Below, in pieces: positions 18,539 to 28,841 of a DNA stretch of 64,000 nucleotides; positions within the stretch are counted from its first letter, which is position 1; the number at the start of each line of letters is the position of its first letter. The notes below the pieces were generated by a model. It was not told the DNA's origin and did not search any database. It worked only from the letters and a program-made list of their open reading frames with translations. The DNA comes from an uncultured Gemmatimonadales bacterium (GTDB taxonomy: Bacteria > Gemmatimonadota > Gemmatimonadetes > Gemmatimonadales > GWC2-71-9). Location: assembly GCA_963812755.1 (NCBI GenBank), contig CAWEWK010000010.1, positions 107,872 to 171,871 on the forward strand. The letters are read 5' to 3'. Both the position numbers and the translations under genes were made by a program.

Positions 18539-21500
18539 CTACGCGGAGAGGTAGACGGTAATCGTCGTGCCTCTCCCTGCCCTGCTCTCCACCTCGATCT
18601 GCCCACCCCAGCTCTCCACCAGCCGCCGCACGATCGCCAGGCCGAGACCCGAGCCACTGGTGGTAGTCGAAAACCGGGGCTCGAAGATTCTCGGAAGCAG
18701 CTCCGGTGAAATCCCCGATCCATCATCGGCCACACGAATGCACCCCGGCGCGACCGTCACCTCGACGACCCGCGCACCGGCGTTGCGCGCGTTCTCCAGC
18801 AGGTTGACCACGACCTCCTTGACCTCGTCGGCTCGCGCCGCGCCGAACGAACCGGGCTCGGCAGCGAGCCGAACCTCATATCCCTCCTCCGCCAATCGAT
18901 AGAGCTGCACCACCTCTCCTACCGCCGCAGTCAGATCGATCCGATCCAGCGGCTGGTGGTCGCCCGCCGGCGCCGCGAAACGGCTGAACGCCCGGGCAAT
19001 GGTGTCCAGCCGGTCGATCTCGGCCAGCATCCGCTCGGCAGTGTCGTCCAGGGTCCGGTCGAATTCCGGCCTTCGATCCCGGTACACCCGCTGGAGATGC
19101 TGGAGCCCCAGGCGCATGGGAGTCAGCGGGTTCTTGATCTCGTGGGCCACCTGGCGGGCCATTTCGCCCCAGGCGAGCACCCGCTCGGCCCGGCTTACAT
19201 CGGTCACATCGTTGAGCGCGATCACCACGCCGCGCACGTGGGGGTCGAGCGACGCGAGCTGAAGCGAGAGCCGGCGGCCGTTGATGTCCAGCTCCGCGGT
19301 CGAGTCGGCACCGCGGTCCTCCAGGAAGCCTTCCACCACCGAGACCAGCGGCGCCCAGTCGGGTCCCAGCTGCTCCAGGAAAGAGTCTCCCTCCTGGAGC
19401 CGCCCCCCGATGAGATCCACCGCCTGGCGGTTGGCTATGAGCACCCTTCCGTTGGGGTCGAGTCCCACCACCCCGGTAGCCACGGTGGCCAGCACCGCCG
19501 CGGTCCGGCGCCGGGCTTCCTCCAGCGCGCTCTGGCTGGAACGGATATCCGCCGCCATCCGCTCGAAGGCTCCGAACACCGGCTCGAATTCCAGCGGCTG
19601 ACTTTCCGAGTGCGGCGGCATCGTCTGACCCTTGCCCAACGCCAACGCCGAGCGTCGCAACTCGGCCACCGGACGGGAGAGCGCCCGCGAGGCTCGGCCC
19701 GCACCCGCGAGGGCCGCCGCCACTCCGACCAGGGTCGCCAACAACAACACCAGCGCAAGATCCAATTGCCTGCCCGCGAGCGAGGGGTCGTCCGCCAGCT
19801 GGGGCGTGGCGAGCACGCCTATGGCGTCGGGCGGCCCGGGCTGCACCACCCGATAACCCACGCGTTCGGCCAATTGGGGGATCGAACCTCCCCGAGTCAC
19901 TTCCAATTCTCCGTCGAGGGCCAATGACTCGTAGGCGGTGGGATCCATGAGCTGCGGCATGACACCCAGGTCTTCCAGGACCGGTGTGCTGGTGCCTTGC
20001 AGCACCCCCGCCTGATAGAGCCCGAGGTCCGCATCGATACGCCGGCTCAGCTCTCGCAGTCGCTCCTCGGTGGCGGCGCCGCCGCTCCGCAGCGCTCCAC
20101 CGCCGGTGAGCACCGCGTCGCGCAGCGTCTGAGTGATGAGCAGGTCCCGGCCCCGACGCACCTCTTCGGCCAGCCGGGCGAATGACCAGGCAGCAAAGCC
20201 GACGGCGGGCAGGATGAAGAACAGCGCGAGGGTGGCCGCCAATCGGATGCGGAACGAACGACTCAGGCTGCGCCAGCGCGGCCGGGGAGCTCGAGCCCCG
20301 GCAACCAGCTCGGCGAGGAACCACAGCAACGCGAGCACCGCCGCGTCGAGCAGAACTACCAGGACACCACGGACGAAGAGCGGCAGCGGACCACGCAGGT
20401 CCAACAGGGCGTGGACAGTTCGGTTTCCTCCCGGCAGCGTGAGCGGGTACGCGTTGCGTAGCACCCAGCCATCCCGCTCCCACCGGGGCTGTGGGGTCGG
20501 CGCAGACGAATCGGCAGGGGGCGACAGGGTGAGCCGATAGAGTGGCGACTCGAGCCCTCCAGGATCCAACAGCCGGCCCACCCGGCCGGTGAGTACCAGC
20601 TCGGATCGGGGGCCCACCGAAGCCGTCATCACCTCCTCCGGGCTCACCCGGATGAGGTTCACGTAATGGATGCCCGGGATCCGGGCCAACGGCACCACCC
20701 GTTGGGTGTCGCTTGCGGCAAAGCCGACCACCATGCTGGAGAGCAGCGACGGCGGCAGGTCGAGAGAATCCAGCGTCAGCTCATCTTGAATCGCGCCGCT
20801 GGTCGACCACAACGCGAGGTGAGTGGGATATCCCTGGTGGCCCAGCGCCGATCCGTGCCAGAGTGCGTACATCTCCGAGGCCGTCGTGGGCGGCGGCGCC
20901 CGCCGCACCTGCTCGCCGAAACGCTCCAGTAGTGGCACTGCCAGCGGATCGGGCTCGGTGCCCAGCCGCGCGATGTCGCGTTGCGCTACCTGGAGCCGCC
21001 CAGACAACTCCGTACCCCAGGTGACCAGTGCGGCGGAGCTGCCGGCCACCAGCGCGATGCCGCTGATCGCCGCCCAGCGGGGAGCCGGCAGCGTGACCAG
21101 TAAGAGCGCCGGGGTCCAGAGAAAGGTGTACCAGTTGGGCCAGCCACCTCGGGGGCTCCAGACCAGCACGCCGATAATGGCGGCCACAAAGGCGATCGCG
21201 ACACCGGCCACGATGTGCCAGGAAGCGGAGCCCTCCGGGCCATCGCCGCGGAACAGCGCCGCGGCGGGAACGATCAGCGCGGAGACCGAGACCAGGAGTG
21301 CCAACTGCCAGGTGAGCCACAGTCCGATCGAAACGCCGTCGGCCGGCGGAGTGATTCCCCGCCCCAGGTCACTGATGAGATAAGGCGAGGCCAGCAGCAG
21401 GATGCCGCCGATGGCCATCCCGTACCATCGCCGGCGCAGCCGCCTTCGCCACAGCCATACTCCGGCTATGGTGAGCAGGGTGCCCGCCATCGCCAGCACC

Positions 21501-22522
21501 CCGGCCGAGGTCGAGAGCGGCCCGAAAAGCGCTCGAAAGAACGTCGCCGGAGAGAAGAGCGGCTGGAGGCCGAGGGAGGGGCCGATCGGGGCACGGACGG
21601 CGAGCCACAAGAGCACCGAGAGCAGGATGAGGCGGTCCGGGGGGCGGTCGGTCAGGCTCAGGCCCAGAGCCACGAGCAGCAGCACCAGCCAGGTGACTAC
21701 CCGGGACCAGCGCTCGAACACCAGCTCCCTCGCGGTGCCCTGCACCGGCGGCACCGGCTGGACGCTGAAGAGCAGCCGGGGTCCTGCGGTGGTCGGCTCC
21801 TCGTAGTCGAAAACGTCGATGCTGTCCGGCGCGGTGCCGGCGGGATAGACGGTGAGCCCGACTTCGGTTCGCTCCCGAAACAGCTCGGCCAGGCTGCGAG
21901 ATCGATCGGGCACCGCGGGGTGGGCCCAGATGAGCACTCCCGCAATCGCGGTGCGGCCATCGCTCGAGTGGCGCCGCGCCTCGAGCACGACGTAATATCC
22001 AGTCGCCCGGGACCCGATCGAATCGCCCTCGGCACGGGGCGGAAGCCGGTGGCGTCCGGCCCAAGCCCAGGGCAGCCCTCGCCGGTCGAGTACCACCACG
22101 CTGGTCTCGGGTCCGCGCTCCGGAATGAGCCGGTCGAGGACGTCGAGTGCCGACCGGCGATCGGTGGGTGAGGTTTCGATGGCGGCCTGGGCCAGGCGCT
22201 CGGCGCTGTGATACGCGGCGTGAAGATCCCCAGCCAGCCGCTGAGACGCCGCCTGGACTCGCCGCTCACGCTGATCGGGCCACTGAGTCTCGATGGCGCG
22301 AAGCTGCCGGTGGGCGACGCCGAGCGAGATGGCGAGACCCAGCAGAACCGTGACGAGTCCCAGCCGCCGCCATCCTCGGAAGGGATAGAGGCCGACGACT
22401 CCCGCGAGAAAAGCGATCGCGCCCAGCCCGGCCCAGAAGGACTCCGGTTGTCGCAGCCACTCCGCGGCGGCAACACCGGCCACCAACCCTACCAGAACCC
22501 ACGACCGCGGACGATGACTCAA
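18539..22522 (-). CDS. NtrY-like sensor histidine kinase with very large multi-TM N-terminal region
   Basis: C-terminal TM+HAMP, PAS (VATGVVGLDPNGRVLIANRQAV), H-box VAHEIKNPLTPMRLG, and HATPase N/G boxes (NLLENARNAG, DDGSGI, GSGLGLAIV). About 880 aa of hydrophobic, TM-rich sequence precede them. Confidence 0.85.
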   Translation of the reverse strand: MSHRPRSWVLVGLVAGVAAAEWLRQPESFWAGLGAIAFLAGVVGLYPFRGWRRLGLVTVLLGLAISLGVAHRQLRAIETQWPDQRERRVQAASQRLAGDLHAAYHSAERLAQAAIETSPTDRRSALDVLDRLIPERGPETSVVVLDRRGLPWAWAGRHRLPPRAEGDSIGSRATGYYVVLEARRHSSDGRTAIAGVLIWAHPAVPDRSRSLAELFRERTEVGLTVYPAGTAPDSIDVFDYEEPTTAGPRLLFSVQPVPPVQGTARELVFERWSRVVTWLVLLLVALGLSLTDRPPDRLILLSVLLWLAVRAPIGPSLGLQPLFSPATFFRALFGPLSTSAGVLAMAGTLLTIAGVWLWRRRLRRRWYGMAIGGILLLASPYLISDLGRGITPPADGVSIGLWLTWQLALLVSVSALIVPAAALFRGDGPEGSASWHIVAGVAIAFVAAIIGVLVWSPRGGWPNWYTFLWTPALLLVTLPAPRWAAISGIALVAGSSAALVTWGTELSGRLQVAQRDIARLGTEPDPLAVPLLERFGEQVRRAPPPTTASEMYALWHGSALGHQGYPTHLALWSTSGAIQDELTLDSLDLPPSLLSSMVVGFAASDTQRVVPLARIPGIHYVNLIRVSPEEVMTASVGPRSELVLTGRVGRLLDPGGLESPLYRLTLSPPADSSAPTPQPRWERDGWVLRNAYPLTLPGGNRTVHALLDLRGPLPLFVRGVLVVLLDAAVLALLWFLAELVAGARAPRPRWRSLSRSFRIRLAATLALFFILPAVGFAAWSFARLAEEVRRGRDLLITQTLRDAVLTGGGALRSGGAATEERLRELSRRIDADLGLYQAGVLQGTSTPVLEDLGVMPQLMDPTAYESLALDGELEVTRGGSIPQLAERVGYRVVQPGPPDAIGVLATPQLADDPSLAGRQLDLALVLLLATLVGVAAALAGAGRASRALSRPVAELRRSALALGKGQTMPPHSESQPLEFEPVFGAFERMAADIRSSQSALEEARRRTAAVLATVATGVVGLDPNGRVLIANRQAVDLIGGRLQEGDSFLEQLGPDWAPLVSVVEGFLEDRGADSTAELDINGRRLSLQLASLDPHVRGVVIALNDVTDVSRAERVLAWGEMARQVAHEIKNPLTPMRLGLQHLQRVYRDRRPEFDRTLDDTAERMLAEIDRLDTIARAFSRFAAPAGDHQPLDRIDLTAAVGEVVQLYRLAEEGYEVRLAAEPGSFGAARADEVKEVVVNLLENARNAGARVVEVTVAPGCIRVADDGSGISPELLPRIFEPRFSTTTSGSGLGLAIVRRLVESWGGQIEVESRAGRGTTITVYLSA

Positions 22523-22540
22523 TCCGGATGCCCCTGGAGA

Positions 22541-23239
22541 ATGAAGGAGATGAGCCCGGGGTCGGTGCGCGAGCGCCTACTGGAGCGACCGACCATCCTG
22601 GTGCCGGTAGGCACCACCGAACAGCACGGCCCCCATTTGCCGCTCGGCTGCGACACGATCGTGGTGGAGCGACTGGCTGACGACCTGTCGATCAGGTTCG
22701 GAATCTTGCGGGCCCCAACCGTCGAATACGGAGTACACACCCAATCCCGCCCCTTTCCGGGAGGAGCCGCGCTGCGCCGGAGGACGTTACACCGTTTCAT
22801 GAACGAACTTATCGAATCGTGGGAGGACGGGGCAGGCGTTCAGGAATTCATGGTCCTCACGGCTCAAGGGAGCGAGGCTCACCTCGAGGCCCTGAGCACG
22901 ATCCGGACCGAGACTGCCACGGTACAGGTAGTTGACATCTTCAGCCTCGATTTCGGGGAGCTACTCGACCGACCGGGTGCACCGGTACAAGGCGGCGAGT
23001 TGGACACCTCACTCATGCTTTTCATTGCGCCGGAGGTGGTGCGAATGGACCTGGCTCAGGATTTTGCGCCCACTCCCCAGGCCCTGGCGAGGTATCGGCC
23101 GGGCCACAGTCGCCGGCTGCCCACCGGCTCGCCCGGATCGATCGGTTATCCCAGTCTGGCCTCCGCCCAAAAGGGTGAGCGCCTGTATACATTCATTCTC
23201 GACCGGGTCAGCATGTGCCTGGACCGGACCCGAGGTTGA
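22541..23239 (+). CDS. creatininase (creatinine amidohydrolase) family protein
   Basis: MKEMSPGSVRERLLERPTILVPVGTTEQHGPHLPLGCD is the family N-terminal signature. The track ORF start (22208) overlaps the kinase gene, so ATG 22541 is used. Confidence 0.8.
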   Translation: MKEMSPGSVRERLLERPTILVPVGTTEQHGPHLPLGCDTIVVERLADDLSIRFGILRAPTVEYGVHTQSRPFPGGAALRRRTLHRFMNELIESWEDGAGVQEFMVLTAQGSEAHLEALSTIRTETATVQVVDIFSLDFGELLDRPGAPVQGGELDTSLMLFIAPEVVRMDLAQDFAPTPQALARYRPGHSRRLPTGSPGSIGYPSLASAQKGERLYTFILDRVSMCLDRTRG

Positions 23240-23250
23240 GCGGAGCCCAC

Positions 23251-23895
23251 ATGCGCGCCCTCGCGCTTCTACTTCCAGTAGGGATGCTTCAGGGGGTCTC
23301 GGCAGCGGCCCAGCAGGCGCTGGAGACCAAGCTTGTCGTCCAACAGAGCGGCCGGGAAACAGGCCGGGAGGAATTCACCCTCCGCCGGGCGGGTGGAGGC
23401 CCAGGCACATCGCTGCTGGCCTCCGCCCGCTATCCAGCCGTCTCGCCGACGACCCATCTCAGCGGCTCGCTCGAGCTCACCCCCGAATTTGCCATCGCGA
23501 AGTTTCAGCTGGACGTGGAGAGTCCCGCCGGTACCACGGTCATCCTTGCCGCCGGATCGGGTGCCCGGCTCATTGTCCGCACCGTGGCCAAGGGCTCCGA
23601 GTCCGGTCGCGAGCTGCCGGGTGGACCGGACGTCGTCCTGCTGGACGAGGGCGTTCATTCGCTGTTCGCCGTCGTCGCCTTGCTGTCGACTCCGGCCGGA
23701 CGTCCCCTCACCGCCATCTACCCTCGCACCGGCAAACGAGCTTCGTTCGTCGCCAAGCGGGAGGGAGGCGAGGGCGGCAACATCAGGGTCGCTCTGAGCG
23801 GCGACATCGGCGGGACGCTGCTCACCGACGGCGAGGGACGGCTCCAGCGATTGGAGCTGCCCGGCCAGGGCATTGTGGTAACACGAGCGGAGTAG
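23251..23895 (+). CDS. hypothetical secreted protein
   Basis: ATG 23251. Signal peptide MRALALLLPVGMLQGVSAAAQ. GC3-rich. No family recognised. Confidence 0.5.
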   Translation: MRALALLLPVGMLQGVSAAAQQALETKLVVQQSGRETGREEFTLRRAGGGPGTSLLASARYPAVSPTTHLSGSLELTPEFAIAKFQLDVESPAGTTVILAAGSGARLIVRTVAKGSESGRELPGGPDVVLLDEGVHSLFAVVALLSTPAGRPLTAIYPRTGKRASFVAKREGGEGGNIRVALSGDIGGTLLTDGEGRLQRLELPGQGIVVTRAE

Positions 23896-24017
23896 TCTCC
23901 CCACCCCAAGTCCTTTGCTATCAGTCTCGAAGGCGGCCTTTGTCGCAACCTGAAACCTGGGCGGCGGTGCAGCCGTATTGGCGCCGGTCACGTCCCACAC
24001 TACAAAGGGCTCGATCA

Positions 24018-25586
24018 ATGAAACTGTGGTTGGGAGTCTTCGTCCTCACCTGCCTTGCTCCCCTGACAGGCGAGGCACAGGACACGACAACGGTCCAACG
24101 GCCTGACACGACCGTTCGCCCGGATACGAACGTGGCGGCTCGTCCCGCTGCAACGGCGACGCTATCGCTGGCGGAGGCGCTCAAGCAGGCACAGGCCAAC
24201 AGCCCGGCGTATCGCCAGACGTTGAACGACGCCGGACCGGCCAAGTGGGGCGTGCGAAACGCCTACGCCAACTTTCTCCCTTCAGTGAACGCCTCGGGCG
24301 ACCTGGGCTATACCGGGTCGGGCGAATCCAACTTCGGTGGCGGGTTCGTTCGCCCAACCTCAGCGTTCATGACCTCAGGGTACAGCCTCGGGCTCCAGTG
24401 GCAGCTGGACGGTCGAGTCTTGTCGGGCCCGGGACAGCAGAAGGCGCTCCAGCGCGCCACCGACGAAGACATTTCGGGAGCCGACATCGCGCTGCGTGCG
24501 GAAATCTCCACCCAATACCTCAATGCTCTCCAAGCTGCGGCCCAGGTGGACGTGGCTCGGCAGCAAGTGGTGCGCAATGCCGACTTCCTTACCCTGGCCA
24601 AGGCCCGATACCAGGTAGGCCAGGCCACCTTGCTGGACGTGCGCCAGGCGGAGGTCGCGAAGGGCCAGTCCGACGTGGCACTGCTCCGAGCGGTTCAGAC
24701 CGACAACGAGGCGAAGCTGGACCTGCTCCGCCGAATGGGGGTCGAGCCCCCGGTCGCGGTCGAGCAGATCGCGCTCACCGACTCCTTCCCCGTTGCCGCA
24801 CCCGAGTTTCAGCTGCAGGAGCTGTTGTCGATGGCCGATCAGAAGAATCCGAACCTTCGCTCGCTGCGCGCACGCCAAGACGCCGCCACCTGGGGTGTGC
24901 GGGCCGCGAAGTCGGAATTCCTCCCCACGCTGTCGCTGCAAGCCGGATGGAGCGGCTTTACCCAGGAATTCACCAACGACCAGTTGTTGCTGGATCAGAC
25001 TCTGGGCGAGGCGCAGGCACAGGTGGCCGATTGTCAGTACAACAACTCGGTGCGCTCGGCGCTCTCGCTGGGTGGAGAGACGCCTGACTGTAACGGCTCG
25101 GCCGGACTTGACCCCACCGGCAATGCGCTGCTCGACCCGGTAGCCCAGCAGATTCGCAACGACAATGACGTCTTTCCTTTTCATTATACGGGGCAGCCGT
25201 TCCAGGCCAACCTCAGACTCTCGCTGCCGATCTTCACCAACTTCGGTCGCTCGCTCCGACTGTCTCAAGCCCGGGCCCAGGAGCAGGATGCCGACGAGGA
25301 CGTGCGGGCCCGCCGGCTCCAGGTGCGGAGCGATGTGCACGCCCGGTATCTCGGCCTCCAGACGTCTTACCAGGCGATCCCGGTGCAGGCCGCGAACCGG
25401 GAGGCGGCGCGAGACCAGCTCCGGCTGGCGCAGGATCGCTACCGGTTGGGCGCCGGCACCTCGCTCGAAGTGTCCGACGCGCAGAATTCAGTGCAGCAAG
25501 CCGAGGGTGACTACGTGAATGCAGTGTACGACTACCACAAGGCGATCGCCGCGCTGGAAGCCGCGGTGGGTCGCACTCTTCGCTAA
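24018..25586 (+). CDS. TolC family outer-membrane efflux protein
   Basis: Signal peptide MKLWLGVFVLTCLAPLTGEAQ. Two TolC repeats (LSLAEALKQAQANSPAY.., YLNALQAAAQVDVARQQV, YDYHKAIAALEAAVG). The upstream part of the 884-aa track ORF overlaps two other genes. Confidence 0.85.
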   Translation: MKLWLGVFVLTCLAPLTGEAQDTTTVQRPDTTVRPDTNVAARPAATATLSLAEALKQAQANSPAYRQTLNDAGPAKWGVRNAYANFLPSVNASGDLGYTGSGESNFGGGFVRPTSAFMTSGYSLGLQWQLDGRVLSGPGQQKALQRATDEDISGADIALRAEISTQYLNALQAAAQVDVARQQVVRNADFLTLAKARYQVGQATLLDVRQAEVAKGQSDVALLRAVQTDNEAKLDLLRRMGVEPPVAVEQIALTDSFPVAAPEFQLQELLSMADQKNPNLRSLRARQDAATWGVRAAKSEFLPTLSLQAGWSGFTQEFTNDQLLLDQTLGEAQAQVADCQYNNSVRSALSLGGETPDCNGSAGLDPTGNALLDPVAQQIRNDNDVFPFHYTGQPFQANLRLSLPIFTNFGRSLRLSQARAQEQDADEDVRARRLQVRSDVHARYLGLQTSYQAIPVQAANREAARDQLRLAQDRYRLGAGTSLEVSDAQNSVQQAEGDYVNAVYDYHKAIAALEAAVGRTLR

Positions 25587-25598
25587 CAAGGAACCAAC

Positions 25599-26882
25599 AT
25601 GTCGCGTGGGATGAAGATCGGGCTGGGTATCCTGGTGGTAGCGCTCGCGGCCGGCGGCTTCATCGCCTACCGGATCGACCAGAAGAAGAAGGCGGGCACC
25701 GAGGTCCGTATGGAACGGGTGTCCCGGCGCGACCTGGTAAGCGCGGTCACTGCCAGCGGGAAGATCGAGGCCAAGACCAAGGTTGACATCAGCGCCGATA
25801 TCACCGGACGGATCATCAAGATCGCGGTGCGCGAGGGCGACCGGGTCACCAAGGGACAGTTTCTGATCCAGATCGACCCAGCGGAATACCAGGCAGCGGT
25901 CACCCGAGCGGAGGCGGTGGTGGCCAGCACCCAAGCGACGCTGGCCCAGAGCCGGGCGAACCGGGACCAGGCGGAACGTGCCTGGGGTCGTGCCCGTCAG
26001 CTCACCAACCTCGGGCCCAACCTGATCGCCAGGGAAACGGCGGAGCAGGCGCAGACTGCGTACGAGGTGGCCGAGGCGACGTTCCAGTCGACCCAGGCCC
26101 AGTTGAACGAGTCTCGCGCCAGTCTGCAGGCGGCGCGGGACAATCTCTCGAAGACCCGGCTGGTCTCCCCTATCAGCGGCCGCGTGGTCCGGCTGGCCGT
26201 GGAGGAGGGCGAGGTCGCCGTGCCCGGCACCTTTTCTCGGGAAACCGGTTTGCTCATGACGGTAGCCGATCTCTCGGTGATTCTCGCCAAGGTGCAAGTA
26301 GACGAAACCGACGTGGTTCGCCTGGCGATGAGCGACTCGGTCGAAGTGACGGTGGACGCGTATCCCGACACCACCTTTCTGGGCCGGGTAACCGAGGTGA
26401 GTCACAGCGCCAAGCTCACGCCCACGGAGACGGCCTCCGGGTCTACCGACCGGGCGGTGGACTTCGACGTGGAGATCACGCTGAAGAATCCGCCGCAGGA
26501 CATCCGGCCCGACCTGAGCTGTACCGCCAGGATCGTGACCGATACCCGAGATCACGTGCTCAGTGTTCCGATCATCGCGCTCACGGTGCGTGACCACGAG
26601 CGCATCGCCGTGGAAACGGAGGAGCCGGCGCCGATGATCGACACCACTCGCCGCCGGCCGCGGAACAAGGAAGCGGAGGGAGTGTTCATCGTGAGCGACA
26701 ACGTCGCAAGCTTCCGGCCGGTCAAGGTCGGCATCGCCGGCGACGAGTTCTTCGAGGTGACGGAAGGAGTGCGCGAAGGAGAGACCATCGTCGCCGGCAC
26801 CTATCAGGCGATCCGCGACTTGAAGGACGGGGACCGGGTCAGCCCGGCGGATACCACCAAGCAGGAAACGGCGGAGTCATGA
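25599..26882 (+). CDS. efflux periplasmic adaptor subunit (HlyD/MacA family)
   Basis: N-terminal TM. Lipoyl/hairpin motifs [36 protein letters not shown] and coiled coil. SPISGRVV motif. ATGA overlap with the next gene. Confidence 0.85.
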   Translation: MSRGMKIGLGILVVALAAGGFIAYRIDQKKKAGTEVRMERVSRRDLVSAVTASGKIEAKTKVDISADITGRIIKIAVREGDRVTKGQFLIQIDPAEYQAAVTRAEAVVASTQATLAQSRANRDQAERAWGRARQLTNLGPNLIARETAEQAQTAYEVAEATFQSTQAQLNESRASLQAARDNLSKTRLVSPISGRVVRLAVEEGEVAVPGTFSRETGLLMTVADLSVILAKVQVDETDVVRLAMSDSVEVTVDAYPDTTFLGRVTEVSHSAKLTPTETASGSTDRAVDFDVEITLKNPPQDIRPDLSCTARIVTDTRDHVLSVPIIALTVRDHERIAVETEEPAPMIDTTRRRPRNKEAEGVFIVSDNVASFRPVKVGIAGDEFFEVTEGVREGETIVAGTYQAIRDLKDGDRVSPADTTKQETAES

Positions 26883-27595
26883 GCGCCATCATCCGAATTC
26901 GGGAGCTGAGCCGGGAGTACCGGATGGGCGACGAGCGCATTCTCGCTCTCCGGGACGTGACGCTGGACATCGGCCGCAACGAGTATATGGCCATCATGGG
27001 ACCGTCGGGGTCGGGCAAGTCTACCATGATGAATCTGCTGGGCTGTCTCGATACGCCGACCGGGGGCGAGTACTGGCTCAACGGCCAGGAGGTGTCTCGG
27101 CTCAGCGACGACGAGCTGGCCAGGGTCCGCAACCGGGAAATCGGCTTCGTGTTCCAAACCTTCAATCTGCTCCCCCGGGCCACCGCCCTGCACAACGTCG
27201 AGCTGCCGCTGGTCTACTCCGGCACGCGGGGGCGGGAGCGGCGGGAGCGGGCCGTCGAGGCGCTGGAGCGGGTGGGCCTGGGCCACCGTATGGACCACCG
27301 GCCCAACGAGCTGTCGGGCGGCCAGCGCCAACGGGTGGCGATCGCTCGTGCCCTGGTCAACCGGCCCAGCATCCTGCTGGCCGACGAGCCTACCGGCAAC
27401 CTCGACAGCGTGACCAGCGAAGAGATCATGGGTGTGTTCGCGGATCTCCATGCCGCCGGCCAGACGGTGATCATGGTGACCCACGAGGCCGACATCGCCC
27501 GCCACGCCCAACGAGTCGTTGTTTTGCGCGATGGTCGGGTGGAGAGTGATACGAAGCAAGCGCTATCGGCTATCGGCTATCCGCTATCGGCTTGA
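26879..27595 (+). CDS. ABC transporter ATP-binding protein (MacB/LolD type)
   Basis: Walker [11 protein letters not shown]-loop. Signature [15 protein letters not shown]. Walker [13 protein letters not shown]. The last ~11 codons ([11 protein letters not shown]) are read from heptad-repeat copy 2. Confidence 0.9.
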   Translation: MSAIIRIRELSREYRMGDERILALRDVTLDIGRNEYMAIMGPSGSGKSTMMNLLGCLDTPTGGEYWLNGQEVSRLSDDELARVRNREIGFVFQTFNLLPRATALHNVELPLVYSGTRGRERRERAVEALERVGLGHRMDHRPNELSGGQRQRVAIARALVNRPSILLADEPTGNLDSVTSEEIMGVFADLHAAGQTVIMVTHEADIARHAQRVVVLRDGRVESDTKQALSAIGYPLSA

Positions 27596-27599
27596 TAGC
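27562..27599. repeat. heptad-repeat element, copy 2 (short, intra-operon)
   Basis: GCTATCG GCTATCG GCTATCC GCTATCG GCT then inverted TGATAGC. Lies between the ATPase core and the ATG (27600) of the first permease. Confidence 0.8.
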
Positions 27600-28841
27600 A
27601 TGCCCCTGCTCGAAGCCATCCGTCTCGCCCTCCGCACCATCCGGGCGCAGAAGCTCAAGAGCTTCTTCTCGCTCATCGGGGTGCTGATCGGGGTCACCTT
27701 CCTCATCGCGGTCGTCTCCATCGTGCAGGGGATGAACCGCTACATGGTCGACCGCTTCGCCAACACCCTGGTCGGCGCCAATACCTTCGAGCTGCGGCAG
27801 CGACTGAACATCGTGACCGGCAACGTGCCGGACGACGTGTGGCTGGCTTGGCGGCGCCGGCCGCGCATCACCTACGCCGACGCCGACTACGTGCGCGAGC
27901 GGATCAGGACGCCCGCCGTCTTCGCAAAGTTCTGCGAGGACCGGGTGTCGGTATACCACAACGGGAAGGTCGCCAAGGACATCAACCTGGTCGGCAGCGA
28001 GGAGAGCTACTTCCGGATCCGCAACTACGAGCTGACCGCGGGGAGGGCCTTCACCGCCCAGGAAGTCCGCACCGGGCTGCCGGTGGTGGTGGTGGGCAAC
28101 GAGCTGGCGCGGAAGCTGTTGCCGGGGGTGGACCCCATGGGCAAGGTGGTGCAGATCGGCGGGCTGCCCTATCGCATCATCGGCGTGGTCGCGGAGCAAG
28201 GGACCTTGTTCGGGCTCTCGCTCGACAAGTTCGCGGTCATGCCGTTCAGCGCTCCTGGACGGCGGCTCATCTGTCCCATCAACATCCTGGACGCCCTGAT
28301 CGTGCAGACTTCCGACCCCACCCAGATGCAGCAGGCCATGGGAGAGGCGGAGGCGATCATGCGCAGCCGCCGGCAACTCAAGCCATGGCAAGAGAACAAT
28401 TTCGCCTTTCAGACCGCGGAAGGCGCGCTGGGCACATGGCAGAAGATCTCCCGAATTCTGTTTCTCGCCCTCCCCGGTCTGGTCGCGATTTCTCTAGTGG
28501 TGGGCGGGATCGTGATCATGAACATCATGCTCATGGCGGTCAGCGAGCGCACCCGCGAGATCGGCATCCGCAAGGCCCTGGGAGCCCGGCGGCGCGATAT
28601 CCTGGCGCAGTTCGTGGTGGAGTCCGCCACTCTTTCCGCCGCCGGGGCCGTTCTAGGTATCGGATTCGGGATCGTGCTGGCATTCGTGGTGAAGGCGTTG
28701 ACCCCGCTGCCCGCGTCGGTGGCCCCCTGGTCGGTGACGCTGGGGGTGGTCCTGGGCGTGACGGTCGGGATCATCGCCGGCGTGTACCCGGCGAGTCGGG
28801 CGTCACGCTTGGACCCGATCGTGGCGTTGAGGGCTGAATGA
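27600..28841 (+). CDS. ABC transporter permease, FtsX/MacB type (paralog class A, copy 1)
   Basis: MPLLEAIRLALRTIRAQKLKSFFS. Large periplasmic domain. C-terminal FtsX TMs with VVGGIVIMNIMLMAVSERTREIGIRKALGA and LDPIVALRAE. Confidence 0.9.
   Translation: MPLLEAIRLALRTIRAQKLKSFFSLIGVLIGVTFLIAVVSIVQGMNRYMVDRFANTLVGANTFELRQRLNIVTGNVPDDVWLAWRRRPRITYADADYVRERIRTPAVFAKFCEDRVSVYHNGKVAKDINLVGSEESYFRIRNYELTAGRAFTAQEVRTGLPVVVVGNELARKLLPGVDPMGKVVQIGGLPYRIIGVVAEQGTLFGLSLDKFAVMPFSAPGRRLICPINILDALIVQTSDPTQMQQAMGEAEAIMRSRRQLKPWQENNFAFQTAEGALGTWQKISRILFLALPGLVAISLVVGGIVIMNIMLMAVSERTREIGIRKALGARRRDILAQFVVESATLSAAGAVLGIGFGIVLAFVVKALTPLPASVAPWSVTLGVVLGVTVGIIAGVYPASRASRLDPIVALRAE

Noticed and set aside
22932-24017. 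N-terminal 362 codons of the 884-aa TolC track ORF
   Set aside because: This part overlaps the creatininase and hypothetical secreted-protein genes in other frames and has Arg/Pro-rich nonsense composition. A signal peptide begins at ATG 24018, giving a normal-length TolC.
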